A stretch of DNA of 64,000 nucleotides from a virus (Duplodnaviria; Heunggongvirae; Uroviricota; Caudoviricetes): the IMG/VR virus record IMGVR_UViG_3300037312_000757; one strand, given 5' to 3'. The translations under genes and the position numbers were made by a program. The notes beneath the pieces were generated by a model. It was not told the DNA's origin. It ran no database searches and saw only the letters and a program-made list of their open reading frames with translations. This document shows positions 38,678 to 48,985 of the stretch, piece by piece. Each line of letters opens with the position of its first letter. The first letter of the stretch is position 1.

Positions 38678-39844
38678 TTATGCGAATGTTGAGTTCATTG
38701 AGAACCAAGTTGCACCGTCAGAACAGAATACCAACTGTGATTGGTTAGGCATCGAGAGACCCACGTTCACAGCTTGGTAATTCACGTAATTACCAGATGG
38801 TGGGTAAACAATGATTGTCTGGCCAGAATTGTTCACAACAAAGCACGTCGCACCAGCAACGGCTGATGGCATAATCACACCAGCATTTGCAGCACTTGCG
38901 CTAGTCACAAAACAGCATTCTGTTGTCATAGCTGTGGCGGTGCCTTGAGTTGTGCCCGCTGCCGCATACGTACTGTTTGAACGAATTGTGCGGGCGGCGA
39001 ATGTTGTCGTAGTTTGGAAAGTGGTACCGGCCGTGTTAGAAAACGTAACTTGTGGCACTGTATTACATGTGATACCAAACACACCATCTGAAATATGGTA
39101 CAAACCCGTATCGATCGCACCATCATTCACGAACGACAGACCAGGAGCACTAGCTGAGCCTTCAGGGATATACACACGACCTGTGAAAGTTGGATTGGCC
39201 AGTGTCGCGTAATTGCTTGGTGTGAAGTTACCAGCATCCCACGCCAGATTGCCATTGAATGTAGGACGTACTGATGTGTTGATTGCGGTAACCGCATTAC
39301 CAGAACGAGTTGCAGACAACCAAGGTACACCAGTTGTCCAAGCATCGTCAATCGTACGGAAAGACAATACGGTGGGACTAGTGTTGATATCCCATTTCTT
39401 GGAATCGGTGGCGCCAGAGCCATTAATTAGTAGGACTGAACCGCCGCCGTTAACACCAATTGACGTAGCTGAAGCACTCTGGGTGGTATAAAGACCACCC
39501 GTGAAATTGGTAAGACCAGTAAATGTGCCAGTAGTACCAGAAATAGTGCCACCGGCAATATTTGCAGTTATGGTACCAGCTGAGAAGTTACCAGACGCAT
39601 CTCTTGAAACAATCGTATTTGATGTTAGGTTAGGAGTCGCGTTTGTGCTCACTTGGATAGTACCAGCACCGTTTGTCAGTGAGATACCATTTGCCCCTGT
39701 TAGCGAACCAACGGACCAACGATTATTTGTGGCGTCACCGATCATCAACTGACCGTTATTTGGGGTAGAGCCACCAACACTTGTAATGTAGCCTGAAATT
39801 TGCAGGCCATTGTTTACGACAAAATCTTTTGTATAGACTGTCAT
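38678..39844 (-). CDS. tail fibre protein
   Basis: TIVSRDASGNFSAGTITA, WDAGNF.P, GSASAPGLSF..D..DTG; N-terminus shared with 39947..41554. Confidence 0.75.
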   Translation of the reverse strand: MTVYTKDFVVNNGLQISGYITSVGGSTPNNGQLMIGDATNNRWSVGSLTGANGISLTNGAGTIQVSTNATPNLTSNTIVSRDASGNFSAGTITANIAGGTISGTTGTFTGLTNFTGGLYTTQSASATSIGVNGGGSVLLINGSGATDSKKWDINTSPTVLSFRTIDDAWTTGVPWLSATRSGNAVTAINTSVRPTFNGNLAWDAGNFTPSNYATLANPTFTGRVYIPEGSASAPGLSFVNDGAIDTGLYHISDGVFGITCNTVPQVTFSNTAGTTFQTTTTFAARTIRSNSTYAAAGTTQGTATAMTTECCFVTSASAANAGVIMPSAVAGATCFVVNNSGQTIIVYPPSGNYVNYQAVNVGLSMPNQSQLVFCSDGATWFSMNSTFA

Positions 39845-39946
39845 TTGATTTCCCTTTCCATCAAATGTTTAAGTCAGTTATTTATTAACTACCACGTTAT
39901 AGTCAGACGTAGAAAGAGCGAGTATTCCTACTCGCTCTTCATTTGA

Positions 39947-41554
39947 TTACGCTACTAGCAATGTGGCTACTACAGTTACCGTCATAGCAGTGGATGATGC
40001 AGGAGTGAACATCAATGACCAGGTGCCTGTTACGATCTGTGCAGAGAATGAACCAAGCGTACCATTTGATGCAATGATGTCATACGTTGTCAACCAGATG
40101 TTTGTCGCATCAGTAATCATCATGACCTCGCAGGACTGGATATTGTTTGATGCATCCACCACCTGAACCATAAACTTGGCAGTGCTTGAAGTCGTAACCG
40201 CGGTAGAATACACTGCTGTTGGTGTGGTTGATGAAGTAGAAGTAGTTGCTGTATCTAGTGTCGCCTTCTCGATCTTCACTGGGCCGTTGAAAGTAGCGCC
40301 GCCACCGCCTGGTGTTACACCAGCGTTGGTCAGAGCAGTTGTCACAAACGCTGTTGTGGCGATTGATGTGTCGTTATCACCAGCTGCTGGAGTCGGAGCA
40401 GTTGGGTTACCAGTCAATGCTGGGCTTGCCAGAGGAGCAGCACCTGATACGTCTGCCACTGCAAGAACAACGTTACCAGTACGACCTGCCACCGTGACCA
40501 CGTTTGCAGTCAATACACCAGAGCCGTTTACCGTCAGACCAGTGCTGACTGATACTGCACCAACAGCTGACGATGTTGCCAGAGGCATATCAGCAGAAAC
40601 CAATGTGCGGTATGCCACCGCACCATTTGCTGATGAAGGAGCAGCCAGGAATGTGTTCTTTGTTTGGTTACCCCAAGCAGTGATCATATCGGTGGACAAT
40701 AGAATCACGTCTCCGGTACGATCAAACACTGATGTCACTTCTGATGCTACACCATCAATCTTGTCCCATGTGGAACCATTAAACGCGATAATATCGCCAA
40801 TATTCCACTGGGAGATACCGTCGATCGGCGTGGTGCCAGCCACTGAAACTTTGTACATCCAACCCTTTGTACCAACACCACTAGCCAATGATGGTGAGTT
40901 GGTTGACGCGTTCCAAGTACCCTGATAATTCAGACCGCCAACCACGGCTGGAGGCATCTGGCCCATAGGCACGTAGCCGCTTGAATCCAAGCTCGCCACC
41001 CCTCCGGCTACCGCGATGACGTTCGGGTTGACTGGTGTGTAACCAAGCGCACCAGTGACGTCTGATGACTGCAGAACGACTGTTCCTGTGCGACCAAAGA
41101 CTGTTTGGATTGGCGCTGCGGCAGAAGCACGAGCGTTAGTAAAGTACAGGTTTGTACCTTCTGCCACGGCAGAAGTTGTAAAGCTGATGTTTGCTGTACC
41201 GTCGAATGACACACCATTGATAGTACGCGCGGTTTGGAGCTTTGCTGCAGATGTTGCATTGCCTGACAGTGCAGCGGTGATTGTACCAGCTGTGAAGTTA
41301 CCAGACGCATCACGTGAAACAATTGTCGAAGCAGTATTGTTTGATGTTGCGTTTGAAGTCAGAGAGATGGTACCTGGGCCAGGCGTAAAAGTCAGACCGT
41401 TAGTTGCGGTCAGGCTACCAACCGAGAAGCGACCGTTTATTGCATCGCCGATCATGAGCTGGCCGTTTGTTGGAACGACACCGCCTACGGATGTGACATA
41501 TCCACCAAGCTGCAAACCATTTAGGAGAACAAAATCTCTATTGTTCGTTGACAT
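39947..41554 (-). CDS. tail fibre protein
   Basis: A.KLQTARTINGV.FDGTANI, EGTNLYFT, YQGTWNA, PALTG.PTAPT motifs. Confidence 0.8.
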   Translation of the reverse strand: MSTNNRDFVLLNGLQLGGYVTSVGGVVPTNGQLMIGDAINGRFSVGSLTATNGLTFTPGPGTISLTSNATSNNTASTIVSRDASGNFTAGTITAALSGNATSAAKLQTARTINGVSFDGTANISFTTSAVAEGTNLYFTNARASAAAPIQTVFGRTGTVVLQSSDVTGALGYTPVNPNVIAVAGGVASLDSSGYVPMGQMPPAVVGGLNYQGTWNASTNSPSLASGVGTKGWMYKVSVAGTTPIDGISQWNIGDIIAFNGSTWDKIDGVASEVTSVFDRTGDVILLSTDMITAWGNQTKNTFLAAPSSANGAVAYRTLVSADMPLATSSAVGAVSVSTGLTVNGSGVLTANVVTVAGRTGNVVLAVADVSGAAPLASPALTGNPTAPTPAAGDNDTSIATTAFVTTALTNAGVTPGGGGATFNGPVKIEKATLDTATTSTSSTTPTAVYSTAVTTSSTAKFMVQVVDASNNIQSCEVMMITDATNIWLTTYDIIASNGTLGSFSAQIVTGTWSLMFTPASSTAMTVTVVATLLVA

Positions 41555-41568
41555 GAATTAATCCTCAA

Positions 41569-42222
41569 TTAAGTCGTGACATAGGTCGCCACAATGGTTA
41601 CCTTCTTTGTGGACGCCGCTGTTGCTTGGAAAGTCAGAATCACATTACTACCTGACATGGATACGTCGAATGATCCAAGAGGGTTTTGGGTAGTCACCAC
41701 CGCAAAACCTGTCATATCCAATGTTGAACCGTCCGTCACAACCAAAAGCTCCTCTGAGTGGAAAGCATTGGTTGAGGTATCTTGAACCTGGCACATGAAC
41801 TTAACCGTACCACCGGTTGTCGTGTTGAATGTATAGACGGTTGTTACTGCTGTATCGGTAACTGAAGTTTGTTGAGTATCAATGGTTGCATTCTTGACGC
41901 TCAAAGCACTACTAAATGAACCACTTGAGGAGTTAGCGGGGACATAGCCAAGAATGGTACTGATATCACCTGCCGTGATAGCATGCCATTCGAGTGTATT
42001 GGCTGTTGTACTAACTCTGAGGAAGGATCCAGTGGTTGCACCCGTGGCTGGCCAAATCTGGCCATTCAATGCCACTGCACTTGTTGAGAGTTGCAGAGGA
42101 GCTTGCAAACCAGTTCCGTCCTCGACCAGACGTAGGATACCATCTAAGCCACCATTAGTGTTGTTGAGTGTCAACAACGACTTAAAGGTGGAAGCAGGCG
42201 TCTTACCTGAAAGATTTGGCAT
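41569..42222 (-). CDS. fibre adaptor-like structural protein (paralogue family A)
   Basis: N-terminal LL.L.N...GLD..LR.VEDG.G module shared with 46045 and 51832; C-terminal domain similar to that of 39947..41554. Confidence 0.65.
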   Translation of the reverse strand: MPNLSGKTPASTFKSLLTLNNTNGGLDGILRLVEDGTGLQAPLQLSTSAVALNGQIWPATGATTGSFLRVSTTANTLEWHAITAGDISTILGYVPANSSSGSFSSALSVKNATIDTQQTSVTDTAVTTVYTFNTTTGGTVKFMCQVQDTSTNAFHSEELLVVTDGSTLDMTGFAVVTTQNPLGSFDVSMSGSNVILTFQATAASTKKVTIVATYVTT

Positions 42223-42254
42223 TTCTTATCTCCTCGAACGATTAGTGATATTTA

Positions 42255-42610
42255 TGCCAAGTTTAAGGAGTTCTGCCTGGGTTTGATAGACTCAGACTAT
42301 TATCAGTGAGTAATTGATAGTCTTATAACCTCCATGAATATTCCTGGAAGGATGACAATATCTTGGTATCTTCCTCAGAGATGGTTGATAGGAGGAAGTT
42401 ATTGAGTATAACCACTATGGGGAATTTGTGGAGTTCTCTCTGGGTTTCGTAATCATCTAGAGTGTTGATTGATTAACCTCCATGAATTGTCCTATGAACA
42501 ATTGATCTCATAGATGGTTATATCTGAGTTGTTTGTGGGGAAGGAACCACTAATGGGGATATGGTTATGTGGGAAAGCCACCAGTGGATAGTGGCTTTGT
42601 TGTGTGGGGA
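42255..42610. repeat. non-coding G/T-skewed region with short repeats (CTCAGA/TCTGAG, TAACCTCCATGAAT x2, AACCACTA(A)TGGGG x2)
   Basis: Repeats read directly; no credible ORF. Confidence 0.55.
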
Positions 42611-43051
42611 TTACAGTTTTGTTTTGAGTAATGGACTCAGATATAGGTCACGTGGAGTGACTCTGTTCAGTTGTTGTGCGTTCAGCAGTGGGGTGTTGAT
42701 GTATTCGAAGCCGGCGGCGATGAGTTCTGAGCAGAACCATCGTTTGTCGTTATTCCAATCTGATCTAAATGGCATTCCTGCGATAGCCATGAAGTCATAT
42801 GGTTTGCCGATTTGGTTGTAGAACCAGGCCATCAGGGATTGTTCTAGTTCTAGTGGGAGTTCGATGTATCGGATTTCTTCTTTGATGACTGGGGTGTAGT
42901 TCCAGGGGCGGATTTGGACGCCGCCATTAGCTCGTGCTCCTAGCCATCCTTCTAATGTTTTGACGTCGACGTGAGACCAGTCGCCCCAAGTCCAGAATTT
43001 GATGAATTCTGATACTGGGCCTGTGCCGTCTACGAAGCGGATTTCGATCAT
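42611..43051 (-). CDS. permuted papain-like amidase (YiiX/YebB-type NlpC/P60)
   Basis: WSHV, GKPYDF, WFCSEL with His preceding Cys. Confidence 0.85.
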   Translation of the reverse strand: MIEIRFVDGTGPVSEFIKFWTWGDWSHVDVKTLEGWLGARANGGVQIRPWNYTPVIKEEIRYIELPLELEQSLMAWFYNQIGKPYDFMAIAGMPFRSDWNNDKRWFCSELIAAGFEYINTPLLNAQQLNRVTPRDLYLSPLLKTKL

Positions 43052-43135
43052 AGTTGATCTCCCCAAGTTGTTTTTCCTTAAAAATATTTATGGGGAATTC
43101 GGTCGAAATGAAGTACTCAGATAATGCGTGGATGG

Positions 43136-43168
43136 TCGAAGAGCCACTCATAATGAGTGGCTCTTCGA
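43136..43168. terminator. stem-loop after the FliD-like gene
   Basis: TCGAAGAGCCACTCA-taa-TGAGTGGCTCTTCGA, perfect 15-bp stem. Confidence 0.75.
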
Positions 43169-43183
43169 GAATAGTTGGTAGAC

Positions 43184-43783
43184 TTAGATCTGGATAGTTT
43201 GTGTGATGCCAACTGCTTGTTGGTTAACCACCAGAGTGTAGTTAGGAATCACATCTTTGATCATGTTTGTTGGGCTGTCGATAGCTACACCATTTACGGT
43301 AAGAGCTGCATCGCAAGCTGCGAAAGTTTGAGTCCAAGATGTTGGAGTGTAAATTGACGACATTGTGCTAGTTGTCGATGTGACGGACAAGCTGGAAATA
43401 CCATTATCGTTTGAGACATTAGATACAGTAATATTGATTACATTTGACACGCCGGTAGTCAAGCAAGCCAGAATTAAATGTGTGCCATCTGTACCTGGCA
43501 GCGCATATGCGATCAAATGTTGACTGAGTGGTGACGCATTGATTGCTTGGATGATGCCAGCAATGGTATCGTTTGTTGAATCAATAGTTATCTCAACGCT
43601 TTGTGAATTCACGGAGATATTAAGTGTGCCATTGCCCAATTGTGCTTCTGAACTAAAAGCAGCAGATGTCAGGGTTTGAGCTTGCGCCACTTGTGTTACT
43701 TCGACGTTATATGATGTTGTTGGAATTTCAGCAGCAGGGATCAGTTGAATTCCGGTGCCATTAATAATTGAATACGTGCTCAT
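43184..43783 (-). CDS. flagellar cap protein FliD (HAP2) middle/head-domain homologue
   Basis: Y.VEVTQVAQAQTL.S..F, LG.GTL.I, IDSTNDT.AGI..AIN.S, GTDG.HL.L...TG..N.I, A.DA.LTVNG..I.S.TN.I.DVI...TL correspond to FliD D2-D3 segments; both coiled-coil termini are absent. Confidence 0.75.
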   Translation of the reverse strand: MSTYSIINGTGIQLIPAAEIPTTSYNVEVTQVAQAQTLTSAAFSSEAQLGNGTLNISVNSQSVEITIDSTNDTIAGIIQAINASPLSQHLIAYALPGTDGTHLILACLTTGVSNVINITVSNVSNDNGISSLSVTSTTSTMSSIYTPTSWTQTFAACDAALTVNGVAIDSPTNMIKDVIPNYTLVVNQQAVGITQTIQI

Positions 43784-43864
43784 TTTAAACCTCTAGTTAG
43801 TAGGGAATATTTATCCAAAAGAAAAGAGCCATCCTTAGGATGGCTCTTTATACCTCATATCTGT

Positions 43865-46033
43865 TTATGTTGCTTTGATTACGAACTTTGTGAATGGCAA
43901 AGCAGAAGGAATCAAAGGAGTGCGATATGATGTGGTGTCTGGTACCAGGAAGTTGGTGATGTTATTATTACCACCAGCGATTGATAGCATACCGTTATTA
44001 CCCATAAGCGTCCAAGATTGGATCATGTCAGAGGTGGTACCAGTAACACCTTGGCTCCAGTTAATGCCGTCATTGCCATACCAATAGCTACCGCCACCGC
44101 CGTAAATCACGAAGTAACCGTTGATATAAGCGACGCCCTTCGCGTTAGTTGAAATTGGTGCTGGGAAAGTACGTTGAACCCAAGTATTACCACCGTCAGA
44201 TGAGTAAACGTAAGTTGAGTTGCCTGATGAGTTGATTGTCAGCAGAGCTTTGCCGTTACCATAAGCTACGCCGGTGATAATGGCACTTGTAATTGAAGTG
44301 ATACTACCGGAAATCCAAGTTACACCGAGGTCGTTTGACACTGAAACACCACCACCAATAACGGTAATGTCTACCAGTGTATTTCCAAGACTGAACATCG
44401 TAATACCAGTAGTGGAACCAACAGAGTTGTTGTTTGGCCAAGGCATTGAAGTTTTTGCTACTGTGGTGACACCGTAGTCGGCAGTCATTACGAAGTTAGC
44501 CCCGATTTGACCACCAATAAAAATGTTTTCGCCAACATTACATACGGATGATGGGACCCAAGTTAGTGTAGGTGAGTTTATTGTCCAGTTTACGCCATCT
44601 GATGACGAAGCAATAAACACACCATTACCAGTAACTGGTGTACCCCACAAAATAAATTTTGTTGGGGTCACGAATGCTTGGCGCCAGTAAATAGGCACAG
44701 TTTGGCTTGTGATAGCTGAATATGTCCATGAAGCACCGCCATTAGTGGTGATAGCTACTGGAACGGAAACAGAAATTTGGTTAAATTGTGTGTTTTCGAA
44801 TGTGATCCATGTATTACCAACACTCATCATTGGATAGAACACTGGTAATGCCGTTGTCATAGTCAGAGGAACAATACCACCCAATGTTGACATGTCATTT
44901 GTCCAGTTTACCACAATTTGAGCACCGCTGGCATAATAACCTACGTTTACAAGTTGATTGCCGTAAACATGAGGGCTACCAAATGCTGTTGTGAAGAACG
45001 GGCCGCCGGAGGTATACAACGAAGCTTTAGATGTCCAAGTAATACCATCTGTTGAATACTGTGTGTTAGTCGTAGTGGCGTTAACAATAGTAACAATCAT
45101 CGCACCATTTGTCATAACTTCTACGTTGGCAAACGTGTTGCTGATTGCACCAGTGCGAGCAGTCCAGGTAACACCATCTGGTGAAGTATTGATGGTTGTA
45201 GATGCCGTGCCTGATGGGCCAACAAAGATAGAGAGTACTGAATTCCAACGGAGTGATGAAAAGCCTACTGTTGGACCACTGCGAACAGTCCAAGTTGTAC
45301 CATCTGGTGAAGTAGCGGTGTTATTAGTGCTAGTACCAGAAGTAACATAAACCCATGATGAACCGTTCCAATCCAAGCCTTTTGGGGTATATGTGGAAGT
45401 TGTACCAACAGTAACTGATGCAAATGTTACACCATCTGTACTTTTATAGACAACGTTATTGGTACCGTTTGTGTACTGAGCCAAATAAACGCCATTACCG
45501 TAACGAACAATACCAACAAAGTTGCTAAGTGGAAATGTAATTGAGGTTGCTGAAGACAGATTTAAATCTGAGTACATGTACCAAGTTGTGGAACTCAGGA
45601 ATGCAACATAGATATTGCCATTCGCCACGTTGATACTGTTAATCGTTGTTACGCCTGATGGGAATGTCAAAGTTTTCAGATAGGCGAGAGATGACAAATT
45701 ACCACCAGTTGTTCTGAACACTACACCAGTTAGACCAATAACAAAATATTCGCCACCGTAAGAGAAACCGATTGGGTTAGAACCCATATTATTGGTCGTG
45801 GCCTGTTTTGGCAAAGCTGATGGAATGCTTGTCTTTGTCCAATAGTCACCCATAAATGTTGGGGGAGTAATGGCAGCCAGAGCAGGATATGTAGAGGCGC
45901 TAAACTTAGCGCCGCTATCCACATAATTTGAATTTGAAAAGCCTGTTGGTACTTGCAATAGTTGGCCTGTTACAAGTGTTGAAGCACTAGTGGAAGCATT
46001 GCTTACTGAACCACCAAATGTAGAAATACCCAT
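43865..46033 (-). CDS. beta-propeller (BNR/Asp-box repeat) tail/receptor-binding protein
   Basis: Many S.DG.TW Asp-box repeats. Confidence 0.75.
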   Translation of the reverse strand: MGISTFGGSVSNASTSASTLVTGQLLQVPTGFSNSNYVDSGAKFSASTYPALAAITPPTFMGDYWTKTSIPSALPKQATTNNMGSNPIGFSYGGEYFVIGLTGVVFRTTGGNLSSLAYLKTLTFPSGVTTINSINVANGNIYVAFLSSTTWYMYSDLNLSSATSITFPLSNFVGIVRYGNGVYLAQYTNGTNNVVYKSTDGVTFASVTVGTTSTYTPKGLDWNGSSWVYVTSGTSTNNTATSPDGTTWTVRSGPTVGFSSLRWNSVLSIFVGPSGTASTTINTSPDGVTWTARTGAISNTFANVEVMTNGAMIVTIVNATTTNTQYSTDGITWTSKASLYTSGGPFFTTAFGSPHVYGNQLVNVGYYASGAQIVVNWTNDMSTLGGIVPLTMTTALPVFYPMMSVGNTWITFENTQFNQISVSVPVAITTNGGASWTYSAITSQTVPIYWRQAFVTPTKFILWGTPVTGNGVFIASSSDGVNWTINSPTLTWVPSSVCNVGENIFIGGQIGANFVMTADYGVTTVAKTSMPWPNNNSVGSTTGITMFSLGNTLVDITVIGGGVSVSNDLGVTWISGSITSITSAIITGVAYGNGKALLTINSSGNSTYVYSSDGGNTWVQRTFPAPISTNAKGVAYINGYFVIYGGGGSYWYGNDGINWSQGVTGTTSDMIQSWTLMGNNGMLSIAGGNNNITNFLVPDTTSYRTPLIPSALPFTKFVIKAT

Positions 46034-46044
46034 GATTTAATCCT

Positions 46045-46917
46045 TTAGAAACCAGTTACCATAATCGACATATTGGCACTGGAACCAATAACTGTCACTG
46101 TCCAGCCCGCCGGCAGAACTGTAGAAAGATCACACAGAAGTGTTGTATTCGCCGAAACGGTCACATTGTTCAGATACGCATTCGCTGCACTAGCTGCACC
46201 ACCATTTGTGAAGTTCACAGAAATAGTCTGATCAGAACCAGATGAGTTACAAATGATCAATGAATTGACAGTTTCAGTCTTACCTGTTGGGACTGTATAT
46301 ACGACTGTAGAAGAGGTCGGCATCGCACCAAAGTACAGGCGTTGAATGTTTGAGGAGCCATTGCCAGAAACGTTAATAGTGACGCCAGTAGCACTTGCCG
46401 AACCCACTAAGCTACCACCATTGAGAATAACCATCTCAGTTGAAATCACCACAGTCTGGCCAGCAGCCACAGAACCATTTGAGAAAATAGCATTTGCAGC
46501 ACTAGCAGAACCACTCTGAGGAACAATATTTAGATTAACTGTAATGGCTGAACTAGTAGTATTCACCAATGTGATCTGAGTGAGCAACGTATCCTGACTA
46601 GCAGTTGCCAATGTAGCAGATGAAGTACCCAATACACCCTGATATGTCAGAACTGGAACTACTGATGACCCATTGGCGTTTGACCATGTCAATTGATTAC
46701 CAGTGCTTACTGACAATACTTGACCAACACCAGGTGTGACTGTAGGCCAAATCAGACCATTCAGAGCAATCTGAGTGGATGAAAGACTGAGAGGAGCAAC
46801 AGTACCATTGCCATCCTCCACAGTACGAAGCGTTGAGTCAAGTCCTGCACCCGTATTAGTGAGCTTCAACAACTCCTTATACGAATCCATCACTCGACGA
46901 TTGAATAATGATGGCAT
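46045..46917 (-). CDS. fibre adaptor-like structural protein (paralogue family A)
   Basis: Start MPSLFNRR with AGGAGG RBS; YKELLKLTN...GLDSTLRTVEDG.G module plus two tandem beta domains. Confidence 0.7.
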   Translation of the reverse strand: MPSLFNRRVMDSYKELLKLTNTGAGLDSTLRTVEDGNGTVAPLSLSSTQIALNGLIWPTVTPGVGQVLSVSTGNQLTWSNANGSSVVPVLTYQGVLGTSSATLATASQDTLLTQITLVNTTSSAITVNLNIVPQSGSASAANAIFSNGSVAAGQTVVISTEMVILNGGSLVGSASATGVTINVSGNGSSNIQRLYFGAMPTSSTVVYTVPTGKTETVNSLIICNSSGSDQTISVNFTNGGAASAANAYLNNVTVSANTTLLCDLSTVLPAGWTVTVIGSSANMSIMVTGF

Positions 46918-46979
46918 TCTTTCCCTCCTAATGAGATATAATACCATCAATATTTATGGTGAACCTTACAGGATATTAC

Positions 46980-48900
46980 AACCACTATTGCTCAGAAGAA
47001 CTATATACCATCTTCCTCCTCAGAGGAAAGAACTCTCCATCCTCAGAGGAAAGAAACATGGCACCCGAGATTCTTTTAGAAAACTCGAAATTCTTTTAGA
47101 AATCCCCCTATAACGACCTTCCACCCGAGATTCTTCAATTCTCCCTCAGAGGAACCAACTACCATCCTCAGAAGAAAATACTAACCACCTCCACCCCTCG
47201 AGGAATCCTCAGAGGAAAGAACTCCAATAACCATCTTCCCTCAGAAGAACATAACCACAATTTCTTATACCCTCAGAGGAAAACCACAAAAAACATTTAC
47301 CAGCCACTAAAATCAATTACAAATCACACTTATGGCTTAAAATCAATTACCACCCTCAGAGGAAAGAACCGGTCATATACCATCCTCAGAGGAAGATAGT
47401 TTGTTGAATACATTTCCTCAGAGGAACTATCTTTCCTCCTCAGAGGAAGAAACCTGGTTTACAACTTGAATGCCACTTTTCCCCGAAAGAGTCCTACCAA
47501 GTTCACAAAAATATTGACGACACAGACAAAGAACACTATGGTGACGTGATTTTCGTTAATATGATGTACACACGGCGTCATCCTTTTACCATCTTTGATT
47601 CATCCTCAGAGGAAAAGATGAACTTCATCCTAGTTTCACCATTTCACCTACTGTTTCGTTATCGTGAATGACAGTTGGTGACGGTTCGCCTAACCGTTCA
47701 AATACTGTTCCATTACGAAAAAACGCGTCATCGCGGTATCGTTAACATGGCATTGAATAAGCATTGCTAAATATCATCACGAATATTTCATTCATGCTTC
47801 AAAATGTGTTCTAAACGATGCACCATGTTCATATTCCTTTCATCCTCTGAGGTTTCCTCAGAGTCGCTATCTGAGTTGTTCCTCTTCCTCCTCTAGTCTT
47901 TTCATTCACTCATTCTGTCCTCTGAGTAATTTTCATTACCACAGTTTCTAATCCTCTTTGATCTCTGAGGATTATCACTACTGTCGCTCTCATTGCTTTT
48001 ATTATCTGAGTTGGTATTGCTGTTCTCTTAGGAAAAAGTCTGTATTTAATTTTGCGTCTTTTAGTGACGTATAACAGTGAGTGTTATCTGAGATGTGGTT
48101 ATCTGAGAAATGGTCGGGGCCATTATTCTTGATATTGGTGATTTTCAAGTCTGAGGTGGTATTATCATTTAAGCTCTGAGGGATTTTCGCGGTGAAGTTT
48201 TTCTCAGAATTGCGGTAATCATCTGAGTGGGTGTTAAGTTCTTGGTGATGTTTGCGCGGGAAATTTATTTGGTAGCTCCTTCAGATTGGCTTTTCTTTTC
48301 GCGCGTGGTATTTGAATTTTGCGGAGAATTATTTCCAGAATGGTGCGGAGAATCGAACTGTGATTATGATGAAAACCTTTGAAAACCGTAGAAGAGCCTT
48401 GGTGGGGAAGCAGTGTGGGATCTGAGTGCAGAGCTGAGCGTGGTAGCGGAGAAGCGTGGTGAGCCTTGTGCGCGTGATGGTGCGGGAAATGATGTGAGGA
48501 GAATGACCCATAGAATGGGGAAGAGAATGGGGAAGGGAATTGGCTCTTGCGCGTGGGGAGCATTTTCCAGAATGAAGTCTAGAATGGGAGGGTGAAAAGA
48601 ATCATTTTGCCACTGAAATTGGGGAATGGCTGTATAAAAATTTCGCCAGCTTTACGCCAAATTTCGGGATTTAGGGTTTTGGCCCGAAAGACTTCCTGGA
48701 AAAAGCCAAAATTCTGGTCGCCGTGAAATCGTGAATTCCAGAAAATGACATGTCAAGAAATCGCCTATGGAGCGATTTTCACGTTTTCCAGAATGAGTCT
48801 AGAATTGAGTCAGAATATCATCTAGAATGAAACCAGAATAGAAACAGAAACCGCCATACCAGCCATCTACCACTCTTTCACCAGAATATCTTCTATGGCG
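46980..48900. repeat. ~2 kb non-coding locus with oppositely oriented CCTCAGAGG / TCTGAG repeats and a skew switch; candidate replication origin
   Basis: Ten exact CCTCAGAGG copies at 47018-47612; about 11 reverse-oriented TCTGAG copies at 47844-48426; AGAAT repeats at 48500-48890. Confidence 0.8.
47514..47542 (+). promoter_or_regulatory. sigma70-like promoter inside the non-coding locus
   Basis: TTGACG-N17-TATGGT with no downstream ORF. Confidence 0.4.
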
Positions 48901-48985
48901 AATTTTTCTTTGAAATTTTCTTTTGAAAGAATGGGCCATTATTAATGGCCCATTTATGCAGCAAGATAGTTAGTATTACAAACTA

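Noticed and set aside
46980-47620. CRISPR array interpretation of the CCTCAGAGG repeats
   Set aside because: The repeat is only about 9-12 bp, spacing is irregular (about 22-165 bp), orientation flips, and no cas genes are present
48234-48595. Short ORFs within the repeat locus (also 46775..47113)
   Set aside because: Low-complexity translations that reflect strand skew; no RBS or homology cues
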